Source of the DNA: Candidatus Nomurabacteria bacterium
GTDB lineage: Bacteria; Patescibacteriota; Minisyncoccia; Phycocordibacterales; UBA9973
Length of the DNA: 64,000 bases
Direction of reading: 5' to 3'
Assembly: GCA_029288805.1 (NCBI GenBank)
Contig: JARIGO010000008.1
Span: 3,894 to 67,893, forward strand
Part shown: piece by piece, positions 1 through 8,732 of the stretch
Numbering within the stretch: the stretch's first letter is position 1
Layout: each line of letters opens with the position of its first letter
Made by a program: the position numbers and the translations under genes
Notes under the pieces: model-generated
What the model was told of the DNA's origin: nothing
The model's database searches: none
What the model saw: only the letters and a program-made list of their open reading frames with translations

Positions 1-253
1 AAGCACCATCTGTTTTCTTGAACTGATGCACGTGCGCAATTTCTGAAGTATATGCTTCCACGCGCCCCAGCAAACACAGCTCGTCGTTCATGACAAACGG
101 ACAGGGGTTATATACGGTCTCATCTTCACTAATGCCTTCAAAGTTCAAAATACAAGAACGTGGAGCAATACCCTGCGGCGCCTTTCCTTCAAGCAATTCA
201 TAACTCCATGCTTCTGGGTACGATTCTTCTTTAAATAATGGAAATGTCTTCAT
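1..253 (-). CDS. hypothetical protein, 5' part only (continues beyond window start)
   Basis: Minus-strand ATG at 251-253, reads MKTFPLFKEESYPEAWSYELLEGKAPQGIAPRS... with no stop to position 1. Not in the supplied ORF track because it is partial. Confidence 0.3.
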   Translation of the reverse strand, partial: MKTFPLFKEESYPEAWSYELLEGKAPQGIAPRSCILNFEGISEDETVYNPCPFVMNDELCLLGRVEAYTSEIAHVHQFKKTDGA

Positions 254-300
254 ATGTTTATAATATAAAAGTACGTACAGCGTGTCTATTTAATTTCTCT

Positions 301-352
301 CACGCACAAAGCAAAAATGCCTAGAATTCTAGGCATTTTTGCTTTGTGCGTG
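301..352. terminator. perfect 24-bp palindromic hairpin just 3' of tRNA-Leu (likely terminator)
   Basis: cacgcacaaagcaaaaatgcctag-aa-ttctaggcatttttgctttgtgcgtg is a perfect inverted repeat. It lies immediately downstream of the minus-strand tRNA-Leu/rplS unit. Confidence 0.5.
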
Positions 353-430
353 AGAGAGGACTTGAACCTCCAAGGGATTGCTCCCGCTACCACCTCAAGG
401 TAGTGCGTCTACCAGTTTCGCCACCCACGC
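347..430 (-). tRNA. tRNA-Leu (anticodon GAG)
   Basis: Reverse complement folds as a cloverleaf: acceptor GCGTGGG/CTCACGC with one G-U, D-arm GCG-AAACTGGTAGA-CGC, anticodon stem CTACC/GGTAG with loop TTGAGGT, long variable arm, T-arm GGAGG-TTCAAGT-CCTCT. No encoded CCA. Confidence 0.85.
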
Positions 431-503
431 AGGTGTAAGGACAACTATAACAAATATTCTCTATGAAGCAACAAGCCGTTCCCTTTCGGGAACGGCTTGG
501 ATC

Positions 504-917
504 TTATTCTTCTGAAGATGTAGCTTCTGGTGCCTCTTCTGTGATCTTTTCGCCAGTAGCGGCAACTCCGAGAGGAATGCGCTTCATCTTGCGGCGAACT
601 TCCTTAGCAGCCTTATCGCGGATGTAGTACAACTTTGAGCGACGAGTCTTAGCGCGCTTTGTCACTTCGATTTTGTCGATCAATGGTGAGTACAAAGGAA
701 AGATACGTTCTACACCGACACTGTTTGAAACCTTACGAACAGTGAATGTAGCAGATGGAGATGTACCGTGCTTGCGAGCGAGTACCAAACCTTCAAATGC
801 CTGAAGACGGTATTTTCCTTTATCTTCAATTTTTGACCACACGCGAACTGTGTCACCAGAGGTGAATTCAATTGCCTTGCGGGCTTCAATATCTATTGGA
901 GTAAATGCGATTGCCAT
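504..917 (-). CDS. rplS: 50S ribosomal protein L19
   Basis: [27 protein letters not shown]...[18 protein letters not shown] is the typical L19 core. Start trimmed to Met26 of the listed ORF (ATG at 915-917). Has an acidic C-terminal tail. Confidence 0.85.
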   Translation of the reverse strand: MAIAFTPIDIEARKAIEFTSGDTVRVWSKIEDKGKYRLQAFEGLVLARKHGTSPSATFTVRKVSNSVGVERIFPLYSPLIDKIEVTKRAKTRRSKLYYIRDKAAKEVRRKMKRIPLGVAATGEKITEEAPEATSSEE

Positions 918-933
918 ACAGGACAGAACTTTA

Positions 934-1653
934 TCACGCATTCCCGTATTTTGCAAGAGCCTTCTGGAAGTCCTCCGGATACGGTGCCTCAACGGTTATT
1001 TCCTGGTCTGTACGGTCAAAAAAGCTGATTTTTCGGGCATGGAGCGCCAGTCTTTGGAAACCGAGTGCCAAAGGCTTGCTTGGGCCATAGAGACTGTCTG
1101 CCACGATTGGACGCTGCAGGTACTTCATGTGGACACGGAGCTGGTGGGTGCGTCCGGTCTTTGGGAAAAGGTGCATAAATGAAAACTTCTCACTCTGCTC
1201 ATCCTCGAACTGCTGCACTGCCTGCCATCGCGTTACGGCCTCGCGCATTTCTCCTCGCGCTCCCCGTCCTGCATGCCACCGTCTGAAGTCATTGGCATTG
1301 CGACCAATCGGCTCATCGACAATTCCTACGGACTCTTTGAAATGCCCCCACACAAATGCGTGGTACTCCTTTTGTGTATCACGATCCTGAAACTGCTTTT
1401 TCAAATGCTCAAACATTTCCTGAGTCTTGGCTATGACCAATGCGCCTGATGTATCTTCATCCAAACGATGCACGATTCCTGGTCGTTCTACACCGTTTTG
1501 CGCCTCTCCTACTCCGGCAATCCCCGGTCGCTCTTTCAAAATCCAGTCCACCAGAGTTGGCTTCGTAGTCTTGCCGTCAGAGTGAACCATTAGCCCAGCT
1601 GGCTTATTGATAACCATACAATCATCATTTTCGAATAAAATAGGGATTTCCAT
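934..1653 (-). CDS. RluA-family pseudouridine synthase
   Basis: [16 protein letters not shown] catalytic-Asp motif and the overall RluA/RluD-like layout. Confidence 0.8.
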   Translation of the reverse strand: MEIPILFENDDCMVINKPAGLMVHSDGKTTKPTLVDWILKERPGIAGVGEAQNGVERPGIVHRLDEDTSGALVIAKTQEMFEHLKKQFQDRDTQKEYHAFVWGHFKESVGIVDEPIGRNANDFRRWHAGRGARGEMREAVTRWQAVQQFEDEQSEKFSFMHLFPKTGRTHQLRVHMKYLQRPIVADSLYGPSKPLALGFQRLALHARKISFFDRTDQEITVEAPYPEDFQKALAKYGNA

Positions 1654-1725
1654 GGCTGTAGACTACACCAAAATAGTGAAATTTGACAGTATTGTGATGA
1701 GACGGTAAGGTAAGGAAAAAATTAT

Positions 1726-1974
1726 TTGTTCATGACTACAATTACAGACGAGAAACCAACCGCGAGATTAGTTCTCACGGGAAAACGCCCCCACGTTACC
1801 CATTACAGCCCCAGCCAACAATTTATCCGGGAAAGAGCTGATGCAAAAAAGAGGAAGGAGCGTATACGCCAAGTACGCATCGCCAAAATCTTTGGCTCGG
1901 TCAAAAAGCTCAAACTCAAAAGGCCCACATGGTTCAATATCTCAAAATTCTACTCCCATGCGCATCATCGTTGA
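1726..1974 (+). CDS. small basic hypothetical protein (82 aa)
   Basis: Intergenic ORF between two minus-strand genes with no recognisable motif. May be spurious. Confidence 0.2.
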   Translation: MFMTTITDEKPTARLVLTGKRPHVTHYSPSQQFIRERADAKKRKERIRQVRIAKIFGSVKKLKLKRPTWFNISKFYSHAHHR

Positions 1975-1990
1975 TGCCTATGGGATTTTT

Positions 1991-2620
1991 TTATATAAGG
2001 TCTTTTAGCTGATCAAGGCTATCGATCTGTTTCCAAGCTAGTGGTTCCAATTCTTTATTGGCACCAAGCAGCACGCCTTTTGTTATCTTGAACAATTCCG
2101 TGTCATTTCCCCCATCTGCTACTTCGATCACTTCGGAAATTTCGTAATCATTTTTCAAGCAGAACTCCTTTAGCAGCAAAAGCTTTGCTTCGCGCTCATC
2201 GCCACTTGTTTCAATATCGACAAGCTCATCCTCGTCATTAAATACGGCCTTGTTTGTTGAGAACCATTCACCAATACCGAGACGCGCTGCAAATGATTTT
2301 GCCATGGCATCGATACCACCTGAGATCATGATAACGTGATAGTCTTTTTCTTTTGCATCCTTGATGGCAGCCTCAGCCTCTGGACGAAACTCCATATCCT
2401 CAGCAGTCTGAGCGATATCTTTTTTGGTAACAACACCATTCTTCTTATAGAGACGGACTAGCTCCATGATCCAATCCTTGTATGGCAAATTCCCTTCCTT
2501 ATATAAATTGAACAACCGAAAGTCATCTTCTGGACTAATACCAAGCCGCGTATTAAAAGCTTCCCATGTAGAAAATGGTGTCAGTGTGCCGTCGAGATCA
2601 AAGCAAATAAGTTTTTTCAT
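1991..2620 (-). CDS. HAD-superfamily hydrolase (HAD-IB / phosphoserine phosphatase-like)
   Basis: N-terminal FDLDGTLT motif (DxDGT), MISGG, and ADGGND near the C-terminus. Confidence 0.75.
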   Translation of the reverse strand: MKKLICFDLDGTLTPFSTWEAFNTRLGISPEDDFRLFNLYKEGNLPYKDWIMELVRLYKKNGVVTKKDIAQTAEDMEFRPEAEAAIKDAKEKDYHVIMISGGIDAMAKSFAARLGIGEWFSTNKAVFNDEDELVDIETSGDEREAKLLLLKEFCLKNDYEISEVIEVADGGNDTELFKITKGVLLGANKELEPLAWKQIDSLDQLKDLI

Positions 2621-2756
2621 ATAGATAAATATAGCATAAAAACTATCTCTAAAAGTGAAATATTTTTAAACGCGCTTCGTATAATTGATCAAACCAAACC
2701 CTTTCCCTATGTTAATATCGCTGATTGTGATGTACGTAGTACGTCGACTTAGAACA

Positions 2757-2795
2757 AAAAAAGCATGGATATTTTAAATCCATGCTTTTTTCTTT
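2757..2795. terminator. rho-independent terminator hairpin
   Basis: aaaaaaagcatggat-attttaa-atccatgcttttttc, an AT-flanked GC stem downstream of the minus-strand tRNA pair. Confidence 0.5.
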
Positions 2796-2897
2796 TTGTG
2801 CACTTAAGGGGCGGTACTAAAAACACCCAGAAAGCCCACGCTTTACTTGACGTCAAACTGAGAGATAAGGAAAAGATAAAATCTTTGTCCCCTAGAG

Positions 2898-2970
2898 TGC
2901 GCCCTGAGGGATTCGAACCCCCGACCTTCGCTGTGTAAAAGCGCTGCTCTACCAACTGAGCTAAGAGCGC
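2898..2970 (-). tRNA. tRNA-Val (anticodon TAC)
   Basis: Reverse complement GCGCTCTTAGCTCAGTTGGTAGAGCAGCGCTTTTACACAGCGAAGGTCGGGGGTTCGAATCCCTCAGGGCGCA. Anticodon loop TTTACAC. No CCA. Confidence 0.85.
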
Positions 2971-3055
2971 ATATCTTCGTGTGTCCCCTTGTAAGCAGAG
3001 CTTTCCGGGGACCCTGCGTTCGGAAATTCGAAAATAAACTTTCGATTTCTCTCAC

Positions 3056-3130
3056 TGGTGTCCCCGGTAGGAATCGAACCTACATCAAGAGCTTAGAAGT
3101 CTCCTGTTCTATCCATTGAACTACAAGGAC
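3056..3130 (-). tRNA. tRNA-Arg (anticodon TCT), CCA encoded
   Basis: Reverse complement GTCCTTGTAGTTCAATGGATAGAACAGGAGACTTCTAAGCTCTTGATGTAGGTTCGATTCCTACCGGGGACACCA. Anticodon loop CTTCTAA. 3' CCA is in the genome. Confidence 0.8.
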
Positions 3131-3147
3131 AAAGGAGCCCTGGTACT

Positions 3148-4368
3148 TTACCATCGAGCTTGTATTTTGTGAAGTACGTCCACAATTTTAGTATGGACTG
3201 TCGGAATTGCAATAGCACGAGCTACTCCAAAGCCTACTGCTACTCCGAAGACAAAACTAAAGAATATCTTGCCGGATACCTTCATGGCATGGCGGCGGCG
3301 AAGTGACTGCTGATGACCAAACGGCAACAGGTTTACCGTATGAGGACTAACAAGTGACACGCCAATAGCGGGGCCGTACTTCACTGCTTCCTGCTGCGGA
3401 ATAGCCGGAATGTGTTCATCAAATGAAAAACAGTTCGTCCATACATTTCCCTGCTGCACCGGCACACGAAGACCAACACCGATATAGTCATCAAGCCCTC
3501 GCAATGTACTTCCGATACCAGTAAGGTATACAGTCTCAAGCGCTGGCACGGCAGGATGCGCTGTGCGCCATGCAATATACGTTTCATTAATATGTCGCAC
3601 CACTGATACACAATCATTTACCACAGTATCGAATACTGTGCGAGATGCACCGATAGTCAGACCCTGGTCTTGCTTCAAACGCTGCGCCTCATCAAAGCTA
3701 ACTGATAGTTTGTCAGTAATAGCCTTTGTAATAATGTCGTCCCCAAATGCAAAGTGCATGGTTTGCGCCACTCTGCCATTTACAATAAATGTCATCGAGG
3801 TTACCGCAGTATCGATATTAATAATCAATGCATTCTGCTGCGGCTGTTCCACTGAAAGCAAATCACGACTCAATGCACTGCCTACTGATTCAATTTTTAC
3901 AATCGTAAATCCTGCGCTCTTGAATGCTGAAATAAAATCCTGAGCGATAATTTTTGATATAGCAGTAACCTGAACAACCGTTACGCTGTCATTACCGGCA
4001 ACAGCCTTATATTCATAGATAATATCCTTGGCCTGAAGGCCGAATTCTTTTTCAACCGCCTCCTTAATATACAGTGGTGCAGCGCCTTTCACGGACAAAC
4101 TCAAAGTCTGAATCTGAGGAGAATCCAATACCAGTCTAATAGTATCGAGCTTATGCAGTTTGCGTGTGCTTTTTAAGAAAGTAACGAAGCGAGTCTTGTC
4201 GATAATCTTGCCATTATCAAGACAGCCTTCCGGTACCGCTACCTCAGCAAAACGTTCAGGCAGGACACCGGAACTATGCTGAGTGAGAGAAACAAAACGC
4301 AATGCAGTATCAGTGAGTGTTACTCCTGTCGTATGGTGATGCGGTAGTTGCAAATAGCGTGTGGTCAC
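3148..4368 (-). CDS. PilM/FtsA-like actin-fold protein with C-terminal transmembrane (PilN-like) segment; putative type IV pilus assembly protein
   Basis: Actin-like ATPase layout (INIDTAVTSMTFIVNGR...FAFGDDIITKAI) plus a C-terminal hydrophobic helix IFFSFVFGVAVGFGVARAIAI. Assignment by resemblance only. Confidence 0.5.
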   Translation of the reverse strand: MTTRYLQLPHHHTTGVTLTDTALRFVSLTQHSSGVLPERFAEVAVPEGCLDNGKIIDKTRFVTFLKSTRKLHKLDTIRLVLDSPQIQTLSLSVKGAAPLYIKEAVEKEFGLQAKDIIYEYKAVAGNDSVTVVQVTAISKIIAQDFISAFKSAGFTIVKIESVGSALSRDLLSVEQPQQNALIINIDTAVTSMTFIVNGRVAQTMHFAFGDDIITKAITDKLSVSFDEAQRLKQDQGLTIGASRTVFDTVVNDCVSVVRHINETYIAWRTAHPAVPALETVYLTGIGSTLRGLDDYIGVGLRVPVQQGNVWTNCFSFDEHIPAIPQQEAVKYGPAIGVSLVSPHTVNLLPFGHQQSLRRRHAMKVSGKIFFSFVFGVAVGFGVARAIAIPTVHTKIVDVLHKIQARW

Positions 4369-4385
4369 GCAACAAGTATAACGTA

Positions 4386-4742
4386 CTATCGTACCGTTGT
4401 ACCAGGGCTAACTGGTGATTCAGCAACAAGAAAGACCGGTGCGCCATCAATACCGTCCACTGCCATGAGCATGCCGTTTGATTCTAGTCCTCTGATTTTT
4501 CGTGGAGCAAGATTAACAACGAATAGCATTTGTTTGCCGATAAGTTTTTCTGGTTCTGGATACCATTCACGAATAGCTGACAAAATCTGTCGTGGCTGCG
4601 CTTCTCCAAAGTCCAATTCGAAACGAATAAGCTTGTCACTGTCTGGTACAGCTTCTGCTACGAGCACCTTCCCTATCTGCGCTTTGATCTTCTTGAAGTC
4701 TTCTATTGAAATATATTCTTCTGTGTTAGTTTGTTCTTCCAT
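4386..4742 (-). CDS. tRNA-binding protein (CsaA/EMAP/Myf domain)
   Basis: IGKVLVAEAVPDSDKLIRFELDFGE...MLMAVDG matches the MetRS C-terminal-like tRNA-binding domain. Start trimmed to MEEQTN (ATG 4740-4742). Confidence 0.7.
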   Translation of the reverse strand: MEEQTNTEEYISIEDFKKIKAQIGKVLVAEAVPDSDKLIRFELDFGEAQPRQILSAIREWYPEPEKLIGKQMLFVVNLAPRKIRGLESNGMLMAVDGIDGAPVFLVAESPVSPGTTVR

Positions 4743-4749
4743 ACTTTTA

Positions 4750-5133
4750 TTATTGCACTCTTTTTGTATCCAGGAAACGTTGCAGGATAATTGCAGCGGC
4801 GGAATCATCCCGACTGCCTGCGGCGGTTTGATAGCGATGCGCCTCTACCGTTGAAAAGCTTTCCTGTTGGAAAAAAATTGGCAGCTGTATTGCTAAGGCC
4901 AATTTTTCCTTAAACCGCTCCGTCATTGGCACGATTTCATTATCTTCCCCATTGGATGCTACTGACTTGCCAATCACGATTGCCTCAATACGCTCCTTCT
5001 GACACAGGTCAGCGATTTCCGTTACGGCATTCTGCGGAGCAATAATAGCCTTTGGGAATGCAAATTCTCCATTGTCATCAGAAATAGCGATTCCTATTCT
5101 TTTCGTACCATAGTCTATGCCAAGGTATTTCAT
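4750..5133 (-). CDS. ruvX: Holliday-junction resolvase-like protein RuvX/YqgF
   Basis: MKYLGIDYGTKRIGIAISD N-terminus and RNase H-like YqgF family length. Confidence 0.85.
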   Translation of the reverse strand: MKYLGIDYGTKRIGIAISDDNGEFAFPKAIIAPQNAVTEIADLCQKERIEAIVIGKSVASNGEDNEIVPMTERFKEKLALAIQLPIFFQQESFSTVEAHRYQTAAGSRDDSAAAIILQRFLDTKRVQ

Positions 5134-5136
5134 CTG

Positions 5137-5223
5137 CGGAAGTGGTGAGATTCGAACTCACGGTGCAGTTTCCCACACGACTGTTTTCAAGACAGTTGCC
5201 TTCAACCACTCAGCCACACTTCC
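5137..5223 (-). tRNA. tRNA-Ser (anticodon TGA)
   Basis: Reverse complement GGAAGTGTGGCTGAGTGGTTGAAGGCAACTGTCTTGAAAACAGTCGTGTGGGAAACTGCACCGTGAGTTCGAATCTCACCACTTCCG. Long variable arm, anticodon loop CTTGAAA. Confidence 0.85.
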
Positions 5224-5338
5224 ATTATTGGACTTCGTTTACTGGTGAAGTTTTTGTACTCTACCATACAAAAAACAGATTTTCAATAACAATTTCCGGC
5301 AGAGATTTTCTTGATACCCTATTTGCCATACTGGCACC

Positions 5339-6448
5339 ATGCACACAATAAAACATGATTACATACGATTTTTATTAGCCGTACTGTTATTTGTTCCGTT
5401 CGCTGTACCCGCTATAGGTTTTGCAGACTATCGATTTAGTGATTTCCAAGGACGACCACCAATTCATACTAACGGCCAGACCACTGCTACCCCACAAGGA
5501 CTCACACCCGCTCAGATCAAGACCGCATACAACCTGCCAACGTCCGGTGGTCATGGCACCATAGCCATTATTGATGTTGGCGCTGACACTACCATCGAAA
5601 ACGACCTAGCAACATTTGATAAGCAATTTGGCCTGGCTCCGTGTACCACTGCCAACAAGTGTTTTGAAAAGCACATGATGGATAGCAGTGCCAAAGACCA
5701 GGGGTGGGGTCTGGAAACAGCATTGGACGTTGAATGGGCACATGCCATTGCACCGGACGCAAAGATATTGCTGGTACAGGCAAAGACTGCCAGCGGAACG
5801 AACCTTATGAATGCTGTGGATTACGCCCGCAACAGAAGTGATGTTACTGCCATATCAATGAGCTGGGGTGGTGATGAATTTTCCGATGAAGCCAATCTTG
5901 ATAGTCATTTCACTAGTCCGTATGGAGCCACATTCTTTGCTTCGTCAGGAGATGAGGGCGCTGGTGCAGAATGGCCTGCAGCATCACCAAATGTCGTAGC
6001 GGTTGGAGGCACCCACCTGACATTTGCAAAAAATGGCACTGTTCTGTACGAGACAGCATGGAGTGGTTCTGGTGGAGGTGTTTCAAAATATGAAAAGGCT
6101 CCATCATACCAAATCGGATACAACATTCCAAAAGCCAAAGGCATGCGTTCTATCCCAGACGTATCGTTGAATGCGGATCCGGACTCAGGATATTCGGTCT
6201 TTAAGGGCACACGATGGTCAACGGTCGGCGGCACTTCAGGCAGTGCGCCAGTATGGGCAGCCATTCAATCACTCGGACTAAGTGTCACTGACAAAAAGTT
6301 ATATGCGGACAAATTCTCGAACAACGACAAGTCGTATTTCCGAGACATCAAAAGCGGTAGCAACGGCAACTGCTCATACTACTGTGTCACTCGAGCAAAC
6401 TATGACTATGTCACTGGACTAGGAAGTCCATTGACGATTCATTTCTAG
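5339..6448 (+). CDS. secreted S53 (sedolisin/kumamolisin-like) serine peptidase
   Basis: Signal peptide, IAIIDVGAD, and catalytic-Ser region GGTSGSAPVWAAI typical of S8/S53 peptidases. Confidence 0.75.
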   Translation: MHTIKHDYIRFLLAVLLFVPFAVPAIGFADYRFSDFQGRPPIHTNGQTTATPQGLTPAQIKTAYNLPTSGGHGTIAIIDVGADTTIENDLATFDKQFGLAPCTTANKCFEKHMMDSSAKDQGWGLETALDVEWAHAIAPDAKILLVQAKTASGTNLMNAVDYARNRSDVTAISMSWGGDEFSDEANLDSHFTSPYGATFFASSGDEGAGAEWPAASPNVVAVGGTHLTFAKNGTVLYETAWSGSGGGVSKYEKAPSYQIGYNIPKAKGMRSIPDVSLNADPDSGYSVFKGTRWSTVGGTSGSAPVWAAIQSLGLSVTDKKLYADKFSNNDKSYFRDIKSGSNGNCSYYCVTRANYDYVTGLGSPLTIHF

Positions 6449-6466
6449 AGATGCTATACAGGAGAA

Positions 6467-6847
6467 ATGGCAGATGAAACACAGCAAACAAAAGAAACTT
6501 CAGTTGCAGCAAAGACAGCGACAAAACCCGACCATTTCTCCTTTATTACCAAATTCATTTTATTCGTTCGACAGCAAGGCGTTATCGGTTTGGCCGTAGC
6601 GGTGGTGCTCGGTGGAGCAGTGCAAAAAGTTGTCACTGCATTGGTAACAGATGTTCTTACTCCATTAATCGGCATGATTGTTGGAAATAGCACAAACCTT
6701 GCTACCGCAAGCTTCACTATCGGAAGTTCTAAGTTTTTGTATGGAGACTTCATCAGCAATGTTATGGATTTCTTCATCATTGCATTTGCAGTCTACCTGC
6801 TCGTCAAAGTTATCCATGCAGACATGTTGGATAAGCCGAAAGAATAA
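6467..6847 (+). CDS. mscL: large-conductance mechanosensitive channel
   Basis: FILFVRQQGVIGLAVAVVLGGAVQKVVTALVTDVLTPLIG is the conserved MscL TM1/TM2 core. Confidence 0.85.
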   Translation: MADETQQTKETSVAAKTATKPDHFSFITKFILFVRQQGVIGLAVAVVLGGAVQKVVTALVTDVLTPLIGMIVGNSTNLATASFTIGSSKFLYGDFISNVMDFFIIAFAVYLLVKVIHADMLDKPKE

Positions 6848-6861
6848 ACTACAATACTGTC

Positions 6862-7317
6862 ATGAGTACAGTAAGTTGGACAACATTAGAATTTGAACCA
6901 AAAGAAAGACATCAAGACTGGAATTGGTATGCAGGATTGATAGCCGCTATTGTGGCTACCATCGCATTCTTTTACGGTGATGTCTTTTTTGGTATTTTTG
7001 CCGTTATAGCCGGCATCGTTGTCATTATTTACGCTATTCGCCCACCCAAGCACCTTGCCATCGTTATTAATGACAGCGGTGTTTCGGTTAACGAGGAGGT
7101 AATCCCGTACCCTGCCATCCAACAGTTCTGGCTTGACGAAACTGATAAAAACGATAAGCTGTTACTGCTTGTCAAAGGATCATTTGTTCCCATGATAAGC
7201 TTGCCGCTGGAAGGCATATCGGCAGAAACTGTCCGAGCAGCCATGAAGGACCATGCTCCAGAGGTAGAGATGCACGAGTCTCGAAGCCTCAAAATCTTCG
7301 AGCATCTCGGATTTTAA
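6862..7317 (+). CDS. hypothetical membrane protein (two predicted TM helices)
   Basis: Hydrophobic segments LIAAIVATIAFFYGDVFFGIFAVIAGIVVIIYAI. No recognised domain. Confidence 0.5.
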   Translation: MSTVSWTTLEFEPKERHQDWNWYAGLIAAIVATIAFFYGDVFFGIFAVIAGIVVIIYAIRPPKHLAIVINDSGVSVNEEVIPYPAIQQFWLDETDKNDKLLLLVKGSFVPMISLPLEGISAETVRAAMKDHAPEVEMHESRSLKIFEHLGF

Positions 7318-7328
7318 AACAATGTATT

Positions 7329-7400
7329 GCTCCCGTCGTTCAATGGATAGGACGTAACTTTGCGGAAGTTATGATGTAGGTTCGATTCCTACCGGGAGCA
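7329..7400 (+). tRNA. tRNA-Arg (anticodon GCG)
   Basis: GCTCCCGTCGTTCAATGGATAGGACGTAACTTTGCGGAAGTTATGATGTAGGTTCGATTCCTACCGGGAGCA. Anticodon stem TAACT/AGTTA, loop TTGCGGA. Confidence 0.8.
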
Positions 7401-7406
7401 CAGAAG

Positions 7407-7441
7407 AAAAAGCCTGATGAAAACAACAATCAGGCTTTTTC
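7407..7441. terminator. rho-independent terminator after tRNA-Arg
   Basis: aaaaagcctgat-gaaaacaacaa-tcaggcttttt hairpin followed by a T-run. Confidence 0.6.
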
Positions 7442-7447
7442 ATATCT

Positions 7448-7475
7448 GTGTGCTCCCGGTAGGAATCGAACCGGC
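7448..7475 (-). repeat. inverted partial copy of tRNA-Arg 3' half (T-arm + acceptor); tRNA fragment or pseudo-tRNA
   Basis: tgctcccggtaggaatcgaacc at 7451-7472 is the exact reverse complement of GGTTCGATTCCTACCGGGAGCA at 7379-7400. Upstream there is no recognisable D-arm or anticodon arm. Confidence 0.5.
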
Positions 7476-7554
7476 GGTGCCTATTTTTAAGAAGTGAAAC
7501 GACTATAAAAATAGCGCATCTCGACCAACGGGAGAGGCGATGGCTACCGTTTGT

Positions 7555-7818
7555 CTATGCTACCCCCGCCCACTCCTTCAACTCCTCCATAGTCACCTCT
7601 CCGCACAACCATTTCTTAGTCGTACCATTGAAATAAAACGGCACGCCACCGCAGGCATCGCCCTTATCGAGTTCTTCCACGAATTTCATATTGGATTCAT
7701 TGTGCCAGACTTCCTTACGATTGATCTTCACTTCCGGATAGTCAGCCATAAGCTGGTCGGTAAGCTTTCGCATTCTGTCGCAGTGGGGGCATTCAAGTCC
7801 GTAGAATTCATATAACAT
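7555..7818 (-). CDS. glutaredoxin/thioredoxin-like small redox protein (CPHC motif)
   Basis: MLYEFYGLECPHCDRM...GGVPFYFNG. Start trimmed to ATG at 7816-7818. Confidence 0.65.
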   Translation of the reverse strand: MLYEFYGLECPHCDRMRKLTDQLMADYPEVKINRKEVWHNESNMKFVEELDKGDACGGVPFYFNGTTKKWLCGEVTMEELKEWAGVA

Positions 7819-7860
7819 GAGCGTAGTATAACAAAAAATCCCCATCCGGGGATTTTTTGA

Positions 7861-8121
7861 CTATTTTTCCTTCGCTACGCGAGAGAGACGAGCCTTTTTG
7901 CGGGCAGCAGTGTTCTTTTTGATCACTCCTTTTTTCGCCGCCTTGTCGATGGCACTGTAGGCCTTTGCGAGTGAAGCCTTGGCATCTGACCATTGCTTTG
8001 CGTGGGCAAGCTTTTCAATAGCTTTTACCCCCTCTTTAAGACCCTTTTTGGTGCGGTCATTCATCGCCTTTTTAGTAAGCGATACGCGATGTGCTTTTTT
8101 TGCGTTTCTGGTGATTGGCAT
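7861..8121 (-). CDS. rpsT: 30S ribosomal protein S20
   Basis: MPITRNAKKAHRVSLTKKA...KKNTAARKKARLSR is the S20 signature. Start trimmed to Met14 of the listed ORF. Confidence 0.85.
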   Translation of the reverse strand: MPITRNAKKAHRVSLTKKAMNDRTKKGLKEGVKAIEKLAHAKQWSDAKASLAKAYSAIDKAAKKGVIKKNTAARKKARLSRVAKEK

Positions 8122-8179
8122 AACAGGCAAAACTATAGCAGATGTACTCCGAAATGACAATACCTGCTATGATACAGGT

Positions 8180-8731
8180 ATGATTGCTCGAATTACCGGC
8201 ACCATAGTGGATATAGTGGAAAAAGGAGTCGTGATCGAAACCAATAATATTGGTTATTTGGTATTTACCCCCTTCCCGCCTGCCCAGCTTGGAGACACTG
8301 TGACATTGCACGCCCATATGGTCATTCGCGACGATGCTCATGAGCTCTACGGCTTTGTTTCTGTCATGGAAAAGGCACTATTTTCTATACTGATCGGCGT
8401 AAGCGGTGTTGGGCCAAAGACTGCCTTACAAATGCTGGCGCTCTATGCCCTTCCAGAACTGGTGCGCTCTATTAAGGATGGCGATGCGAAGGCTATTAGT
8501 ATGGTTCCCGGTATTGGCAAAAAGACTGCCGAAAAAGTTGTCATTGACTTGAAGGACAAGCTTGATGGATTTACCGCTGCAGACAACGGTGTGTCAGGTG
8601 ACCTGCTTGAGGCGTTGCTTTCTCTTGGATATAAGGAACAGGCTATTCGAGTAGCTGTTTCAAATGTAGACGCCACCCTGCCGCTTACAAAGCAAATCAC
8701 CGTCGCTCTACAACTATTAGGAAAACAGTAA
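8180..8731 (+). CDS. ruvA: Holliday junction DNA helicase RuvA
   Basis: MIARITGTIVD...HH-motif region LIGVSGVGPKTALQMLA...VPGIGKKTAEKVVIDLKDK. The upstream in-frame extension overlaps rpsT and was removed. Confidence 0.85.
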   Translation: MIARITGTIVDIVEKGVVIETNNIGYLVFTPFPPAQLGDTVTLHAHMVIRDDAHELYGFVSVMEKALFSILIGVSGVGPKTALQMLALYALPELVRSIKDGDAKAISMVPGIGKKTAEKVVIDLKDKLDGFTAADNGVSGDLLEALLSLGYKEQAIRVAVSNVDATLPLTKQITVALQLLGKQ

Positions 8732-8732
8732 T

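Noticed and set aside
504-992. Long N-terminal extensions of rplS, rpsT, rpmH, ruvA, cca, pilB, PBP as listed in the ORF track
   Set aside because: Extensions overlap neighbouring genes, tRNAs or terminators. Conserved protein N-termini begin at internal Met codons, so starts were trimmed.
2749-3055. Listed ORFs 2749..2955 and 2843..3055 (68 and 70 aa)
   Set aside because: They run antisense through tRNA-Val and tRNA-Arg and the terminator hairpin. Spurious.
5142-5351. Listed ORF 5142..5351 (+)
   Set aside because: Lies on top of tRNA-Ser(TGA) and its flank. No coding features.
7443-7535. Possible second full tRNA, tRNA-Sec or tmRNA 3' end on the minus strand next to tRNA-Arg(GCG)
   Set aside because: Only the T-arm and acceptor 3' half is present. 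The upstream part folds as an AT-rich 9-bp hairpin with a 16-nt loop, not D and anticodon arms. The adjacent CDS (7555..7818) leaves no room for a tmRNA.
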